A stretch of 64,000 nt of DNA. Source: Minisyncoccota bacterium. Its GTDB lineage: Bacteria > Patescibacteriota > Minisyncoccia > Phycocordibacterales > GWA1-40-21. The position numbers were made by a program, and so were the translations under genes. Below the pieces are notes generated by a model. It was not told where the DNA came from. It ran no database searches and saw nothing but the letters and a program-made list of their open reading frames with translations. Shown piece after piece: positions 59,469 through 64,000 of this stretch. The DNA lies in the NCBI GenBank assembly GCA_041664585.1, contig JBAYKL010000003.1:49074-113073 (forward strand). The letters are read 5' to 3'. Positions within the stretch are counted from its first letter, which is position 1; every line of letters starts with the position of its first letter.

Positions 59469-60893
59469 ATGATTGACCTTAGGAATCTTACAATTAAAAA
59501 AGCACATGAAGCCTTAACAAAAGGCGAGTATACTTCTGTAGAATTAGCCAATGCATATTTGGAACAAATTAAAAAAACCGATGGAGATATACATGCATAT
59601 CTTGAAATTTATTCTGATGTATTGGAACAAGCAAAAAAGGCTGATGAAATAATTAAATCTGGTAAAGCTACTGTACTTACAGGTATTCCCATTTCTATAA
59701 AAGATAATATTTTAATAAAAGGTAGAATCGCTTCTTCTGCTTCGAAGATTTTGGAAAATTATGTAGCGACATATGATGCTACTGTGGTTGAAAAACTAAA
59801 AAAAGAAGGGGTCGTATTTATGGGTAGAACAAATATGGATGAATTTGCCATGGGTGGTTCTACTGAAAATTCCGGCTTTGGGCCAACAAAAAACCCGTTT
59901 GATGTAGAAAGGGTACCTGGAGGTTCTTCTGGTGGTGCAGCGGCTTCTGTGGCCTCAAACGAGGCTTTGGTAGCTCTCGGTTCTGATACAGGAGGCTCTA
60001 TTCGTCAGCCAGCAAGCTTTTGTGGGCTTGTGGGTTTGAAGCCGACTTACGGTGCTGTTTCTAGGCATGGTGTAATGGCTATGGGATCTTCACTTGATCA
60101 AATTGGTCCATTTGGAAAAACAGTTGAAGATGTAGAAATTCTTTTTAATACAATAAAGGGACAGGACACAATGGACAGTACTACTATCCCAGATAAAACT
60201 TCTGAAGTTTTGAAAGAAAAGAAAATGAAAATTGGTGTGCCAAGAGATTTTCTTAATATGGGTGGAATAGATGGAAGTGTTGTAAAAAGTTTTGAGGAAT
60301 CTTTAGAAAAATTAAAGAGTTTGGGGCACACGATTGTTGATATAGAATTACCAAATTTAAAATATTCTCTAGCTGTTTATTATGTCATTGTTCCTGCAGA
60401 AGTTTCTTCAAACATGGCCAGATTTGATGGTATGAGATTTGGTAAGAGACTATCTGGTAAAGATGGTATTGAAGACTATTTTCTTTCAAGACAGGCTGGT
60501 TTGGGCAGAGAAGTAAAAAGGAGAATTATACTTGGTACATACGTACTTTCTTCGGGCTATTATGATGCTTATTATAATAAGGCAAATATTGTACGAGAAC
60601 TTATAACAAATGATTATAAAAAAGCTTTTGAAAGAGTAGATGTGATTATTACCCCTACTACTCCTGGTCCGGCGTTTAGGATAGGGGAGAAGTCCGGAGA
60701 TCCACTTAAGATGTACCTTGAAGATATTTTTACTGTACCAATAAACTTGGCTGGTGTTCCAGCAATATCTGTCCCATTTGGTTTTAAAGAAATTGATAAC
60801 AAGAAACTTCCATTAGGAATACAGTTTATAGCGAAACACTCTGGGGAGGAAATTCTTTTTGCTATTTCTAAAGATTTATTAGGAGAGAAATAA
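59469..60893 (+). CDS. gatA: Asp-tRNA(Asn)/Glu-tRNA(Gln) amidotransferase subunit A
   Basis: Amidase signature GGSSGGAAAVA...GSDTGGSIRQPA; 474 aa. Confidence 0.9.
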   Translation: MIDLRNLTIKKAHEALTKGEYTSVELANAYLEQIKKTDGDIHAYLEIYSDVLEQAKKADEIIKSGKATVLTGIPISIKDNILIKGRIASSASKILENYVATYDATVVEKLKKEGVVFMGRTNMDEFAMGGSTENSGFGPTKNPFDVERVPGGSSGGAAASVASNEALVALGSDTGGSIRQPASFCGLVGLKPTYGAVSRHGVMAMGSSLDQIGPFGKTVEDVEILFNTIKGQDTMDSTTIPDKTSEVLKEKKMKIGVPRDFLNMGGIDGSVVKSFEESLEKLKSLGHTIVDIELPNLKYSLAVYYVIVPAEVSSNMARFDGMRFGKRLSGKDGIEDYFLSRQAGLGREVKRRIILGTYVLSSGYYDAYYNKANIVRELITNDYKKAFERVDVIITPTTPGPAFRIGEKSGDPLKMYLEDIFTVPINLAGVPAISVPFGFKEIDNKKLPLGIQFIAKHSGEEILFAISKDLLGEK

Positions 60894-60934
60894 TTTCTTT
60901 TTGAGATTTTGTATTAGGTGTTATAATATTTACC

Positions 60935-61573
60935 ATGAATCAGATAGACTCATTACATTCTTTAGACCCATTTTGGATATTTCGTGTACTGTATGAGCTT
61001 TTTACTGGTGGTGTAAATGGTTCTGCAAGTTCTGCGGCAAAGATTAGCGTTGGGATATCTGGTTTTATTCACAATATTCCATATCATTTGATAAACTTTT
61101 TTGCTAGATATGTAGTATTTTCTATACTTCTTTCAATTGTTCTCCTAATCTTATCCATAATTTATATTAGAAGATTTACCGCGATAAGAAAGAAAATAAT
61201 GGATAAGATAATACCTACTGAAGGAGAAAAAGAATCTCATGCAGATGAAAAAGAAATGGTAAATCCTAAATGGCAGCTAATTGAGAAGCATATCAATTCA
61301 GATAATCAGGCTGATTGGAAGCTTGCAATTCTTGAGGCAGATATTATGCTCGCAGAACTTTTAGAAAGTATGGCTTTACCAGGAGATAGTATCGGTGAAA
61401 AATTAAAAGCCGTGGAAAAAAGTGATTTTGGATCTCTAGAAGAAGCATGGGAGGGACACAAAATACGAAATGCTATTGCTCACGAAGGTTCAGATTTTTT
61501 GATTACAGAAAGAGAAGCAAAAAGAGTTATCTCTTTGTATCATAAGGTTTTTGATGAGTTTGATATAATCTAA
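60935..61573 (+). CDS. hypothetical membrane protein
   Basis: 212 aa, one TM helix (YVVFSILLSIVLLILSIIYI), charged C-terminal domain. Confidence 0.4.
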   Translation: MNQIDSLHSLDPFWIFRVLYELFTGGVNGSASSAAKISVGISGFIHNIPYHLINFFARYVVFSILLSIVLLILSIIYIRRFTAIRKKIMDKIIPTEGEKESHADEKEMVNPKWQLIEKHINSDNQADWKLAILEADIMLAELLESMALPGDSIGEKLKAVEKSDFGSLEEAWEGHKIRNAIAHEGSDFLITEREAKRVISLYHKVFDEFDII

Positions 61574-61624
61574 GTTCAGCTTGATTTTGTATCTTTTATC
61601 TGGTAATATACTACCTCTAGTATA

Positions 61625-61693
61625 GCGGGGTAGAGTAACGGTAATTCGCAAGGCTCATAACCTTGAGATTTTGGTTCAAATCCAAACCCCGCA
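61625..61693 (+). tRNA. tRNA with CAU anticodon (elongator Met or Ile2/lysidine type), slightly atypical stems
   Basis: GCGGGGU acceptor, anticodon stem CAAGG/CCUUG with loop CUCAUAA, T-loop UUCAAAU, 3' ACCCCGC-A. G1:C72 is paired, so it is not an initiator. Only 69 nt with a tight acceptor/T junction. Confidence 0.6.
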
Positions 61694-61780
61694 ACATTTT
61701 TTAAGAAGGATTTTGCGAAGCAAAATCCTTCTTTTAATTTGTTTTTTCGTTAAAAAATGCTATATTGTCTTTGTTTATAT

Positions 61781-61854
61781 GTCGACGTAGCTCAGACGGT
61801 TAGAGCGTAGCACTCATAAAGCTAAGGTCGGTGGTTCGATTCCACCCGTCGACA
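61781..61854 (+). tRNA. tRNA with CAU anticodon (Met/Ile2 type)
   Basis: GUCGACG acceptor, D-arm GCUCAGACGGUUAGAGC, anticodon loop CUCAUAA, T-arm GGUGGUUCGAUUCCACC, discriminator A; 31:39 is an A·A mismatch. Confidence 0.75.
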
Positions 61855-61940
61855 CAGATTAAGAAAGATATATCTATACGTTTTTTTTAAGTTATTCTTA
61901 ATGCCTAGTGTAATACCCTGTCACGTGTTACAATTGACAG

Positions 61941-62618
61941 ATGCCAATATATAAAAAGGTAAATAAGGATTTTTTTAAAAAATGGACACCTGAGATGGCT
62001 TATATTTTAGGGTTTTTCTCGGCGGATGGGTACATTACTGTGAATAAACGTGGTGCTAGTTTTTGGAGTATACAAATAACAGATAAAGATTTAATTTATA
62101 AAATAAGAGAGTGTGTTGAGGCTGAACATAAAATAGGTTTTAGAAAGGGTTTGGGAAATAATAAGGATTTATACAGATTACAGGTGGGGAGTTTTGAAAT
62201 GTGTGAGGATTTAAACAAATTAGGTTTAAAAGCAAATAAAACTAAAAATCTATTGTTACCAAAAGTCCCCAAGAAATACTTTTCAGATTTTGTCCGTGGA
62301 TATTTTGATGGTGACGGTAATGTTTGGGTTGGTTTTCTCCATAAAAATAGACCCAGACCAGATCTGGTAATTTTTACTGCTTTTACTTCATGTTCTCTTT
62401 GTTTTTTGACTGATTTACGAGATAAATTAAATGCTGCGGGTTTGTCTGGTGGTTCTATTATTAAAAACAAAGCTAATTATTGTCGTCTCTCATTTAGTAC
62501 TAAAAGCACTTTGAAATTATTCAAATATATGTATAATAGTATAGATCTTAAAAAAGATGGTTTGTTCCTGAAGAGGAAAGCAGCTGTTTTTGAGAGATTC
62601 ATCAAAATGCGGGCGTAG
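61941..62618 (+). CDS. double-motif LAGLIDADG homing endonuclease
   Basis: Two LAGLIDADG motifs: AYILGFFSADGYI and FVRGYFDGDGNVW; 225 aa. The stop codon TAG lies inside the acceptor stem of the downstream tRNA. Confidence 0.7.
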   Translation: MPIYKKVNKDFFKKWTPEMAYILGFFSADGYITVNKRGASFWSIQITDKDLIYKIRECVEAEHKIGFRKGLGNNKDLYRLQVGSFEMCEDLNKLGLKANKTKNLLLPKVPKKYFSDFVRGYFDGDGNVWVGFLHKNRPRPDLVIFTAFTSCSLCFLTDLRDKLNAAGLSGGSIIKNKANYCRLSFSTKSTLKLFKYMYNSIDLKKDGLFLKRKAAVFERFIKMRA

Positions 62619-62885
62619 CTCAACGGTAGAGCACTCCCCTGTAGACGTGCAGCTTTTCGTTGAGAGACGAATTGAAACTCTCTGGGATAACGGTGAAGGC
62701 TAAGTTTCATTTAGAAATATGCGAACACCGTGGGAACCCCTAGATTCGCTAGGGGGCGCCGTAGAGACTAGATACCGGAGTACCCTAACTTGTTATGAGA
62801 AGGGTAAAGATATAGTCCACGCCGCTATGAAAATAGTGGAATTAGTGCACGGGAGAGGCCGTGGGGTCAGCACCCATCGCCCGCG
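62609..62885 (+). tRNA. tRNA-Asp (GUC) candidate interrupted by a group I intron in the anticodon loop
   Basis: 5' exon GCGGGCG-UA-GCUCAACGGUAGAGC-A-CUCCC-CUGU (62609-62642). 3' exon CAC-GGGAG-...-CGCCCGC-G (62848-62885). The acceptor and anticodon stems are perfectly complementary, the spliced loop is CUGUCAC and the discriminator is G73. The T-loop (GUCAGCA) is non-canonical. Confidence 0.6.
62643..62847 (+). mobile_element. group I intron (approximately 205 nt, no internal ORF)
   Basis: P7 core GAGACUAGAUACCGG ... AGAUAUAGUCCACGCC closely parallels Tetrahymena CAGACUAAAUGUCGG ... AGAUAUAGUCGGACC. The internal guide GUGCAG can pair with 5' exon CUGU (U·G at the splice site; P1) and 3' exon CAC (P10). 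Terminal omega-G at 62847. Confidence 0.65.
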
Positions 62886-62890
62886 CAATT

Positions 62891-62916
62891 AAAAGCCCCA
62901 TTTGGGGCTTTTTTGC
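62891..62916 (+). terminator. rho-independent terminator after the tRNA cluster
   Basis: aaaagcccca-ttt-ggggctttttt. Confidence 0.7.
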
Positions 62917-63033
62917 TATTTATAAAACAATATTTTCTAATATTTATACTGAATAAAATTGTGTTATAATATTTGAACTTACTGATTGGCGTTATTTTTC
63001 TGATTAATTTATAAAAAGATTTATTTAATAATA

Positions 63034-64000
63034 TGGGTTTTGATTCCATTATATTTCTAATTTTTATAGCTTCTTTTTTCTTTACCCTCTTGTTTAGTTA
63101 CATTGATTTCAAAAGAAAAAAACCGGTTTCAAAAGAACCTTATATTTCTATAGTTATTCCTACTTATAATGACGGTGATACTATTGGAGAATCAATAGCT
63201 AGTGTTTACGATTCTTATAATAAAGAAAAGTTTGAAATTATAGTTGTAAATGACAAGAGTACGGACAATACTTTAGAAAAACTTGAGGTTTTAAGAAATA
63301 AATATAATTTTACTATTTTAAATAATGATGAAAACCTTGGAAAGGTTAGGTCATTAAATCATGCTGTAGATCACACGAAGGGTGATTTTATTTTATTTCT
63401 AGATTCAGACACTCTTATATCTAAAAAAGCGCTTTTTGATATGTTGAGTTCATTAGAAAATCCAAGGGTAGCTGCCTCTACTTGTAGGTATAGGGCAAAA
63501 AACAAAGGCTTTATGGCAAGAATGCAGGAGCTTGAATATGGTTTGCTCGGTTTAATACAGACTTCCTACAATCTAACATCAACTATCAGTTTGTGGGGTG
63601 GGTGTATTTTAATAAAGAAGAACGCCTTAGAGTCAGTCGGTAGATTTTCTCTAAATATGCTTATAGAAGATATGGATTTGGCCTTGAAGCTTGGCGAGAA
63701 TGGCTGGAAGGTTAGAGAAAGTCATTATTCTGTAGCTAGTTATGTGCCAACTTCTTTTAAGGTTTATTATAAACAGAAAATGAGATGGGCTGCTGGATTT
63801 GGGCAAAACTTTTTTGCTCATTACAAAACCTTTTTTAGAAACCCGATGGTAATTTTCTTTTTCTTAACATATTCTCTGCTCACTTTTTCTTTCGTTTTTT
63901 TAATGATAAGAAACATTCTTTTTGTAGACAATCTTTACCAGATTTTTGAATCAATACGTGATCAGGGTTATTCCTTCTTTAATTCTTTATATATGATGCA
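63034..64000 (+). CDS. family 2 glycosyltransferase (GT-A fold), 3' end beyond window
   Basis: ATG at 63034; N-terminal TM, SIVIPTYND, DKSTDNT, DxD-like LDSDT, C-terminal TM region; no stop before the window end. Confidence 0.7.

Noticed and set aside
62609-62885. Alternative reading of the intron-containing tRNA as tRNA-Ala(UGC) with the intron after U33
   Set aside because: There is no G3:U70 pair. The intron's internal guide GUGCAG pairs with exon CUGU and CAC (P1/P10) only under the Asp(GUC) splice-site assignment, and the G73 discriminator fits Asp.
62477-63049. Minus-strand ORFs 62477-62710 and 62867-63049
   Set aside because: They overlap the tRNA, the group I intron core and the terminator; non-coding RNA explains the region.

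Overview
This window is AT-rich (about 33% GC) and densely coded. Compact operons, numerous type IV pilins and small proteins suggest a reduced-genome Patescibacteria/CPR-like bacterium, though that placement is inference only.

Features supported by the sequence:
- **Translation cluster (plus strand):** rpsL-rpsG-fusA, then a 993-aa surface protein, then tuf-rpsJ-rplC-rplD-rplW-rplB. This is followed by a GC-richer unknown gene, an L10-leader-like element and rplJ-rplL.
- **Duplicated cassettes and sulfation genes:** two near-identical two-gene cassettes encode DUF1566/Lcl-like secreted proteins, each with an approximately 230-bp conserved palindrome-containing leader. They bracket a PAPS-synthesis block (cysD-cysN-cysC plus a small DUF2061-like membrane protein), and a convergent Stf0/NodH/RaxST-type sulfotransferase lies downstream of the second cassette. 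This is the most interesting candidate system here: a putative sulfation module linked to a recombining surface-protein family.
- **Minus-strand operon:** infC-rpmI-rplT-terminator.
- **Trans-translation locus:** smpB-ssrA (tmRNA) on the minus strand.
- **Other genes:** ftsH, recG, ligA, gatCA and several unknown proteins.
- **Type IV pilus locus (38.7-57.1 kb):** about 12 prepilin-like genes, comF, pilMNO, pilB, a CheY-like receiver, pilT, pilC, pilD and two large unknown secreted proteins.
- **tRNA and mobile-element cluster:** two CAU-anticodon tRNAs, a free-standing LAGLIDADG homing-endonuclease ORF, and a tRNA-Asp(GUC) candidate interrupted by a roughly 205-nt group I intron whose core closely matches the Tetrahymena P7 region.
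- **Other RNA genes:** tRNA-Ile(UAU), tRNA-Ser(GCU), and one unclassified structured RNA candidate upstream of a VanZ-like gene and RNase J.

No rRNA or CRISPR array was seen.
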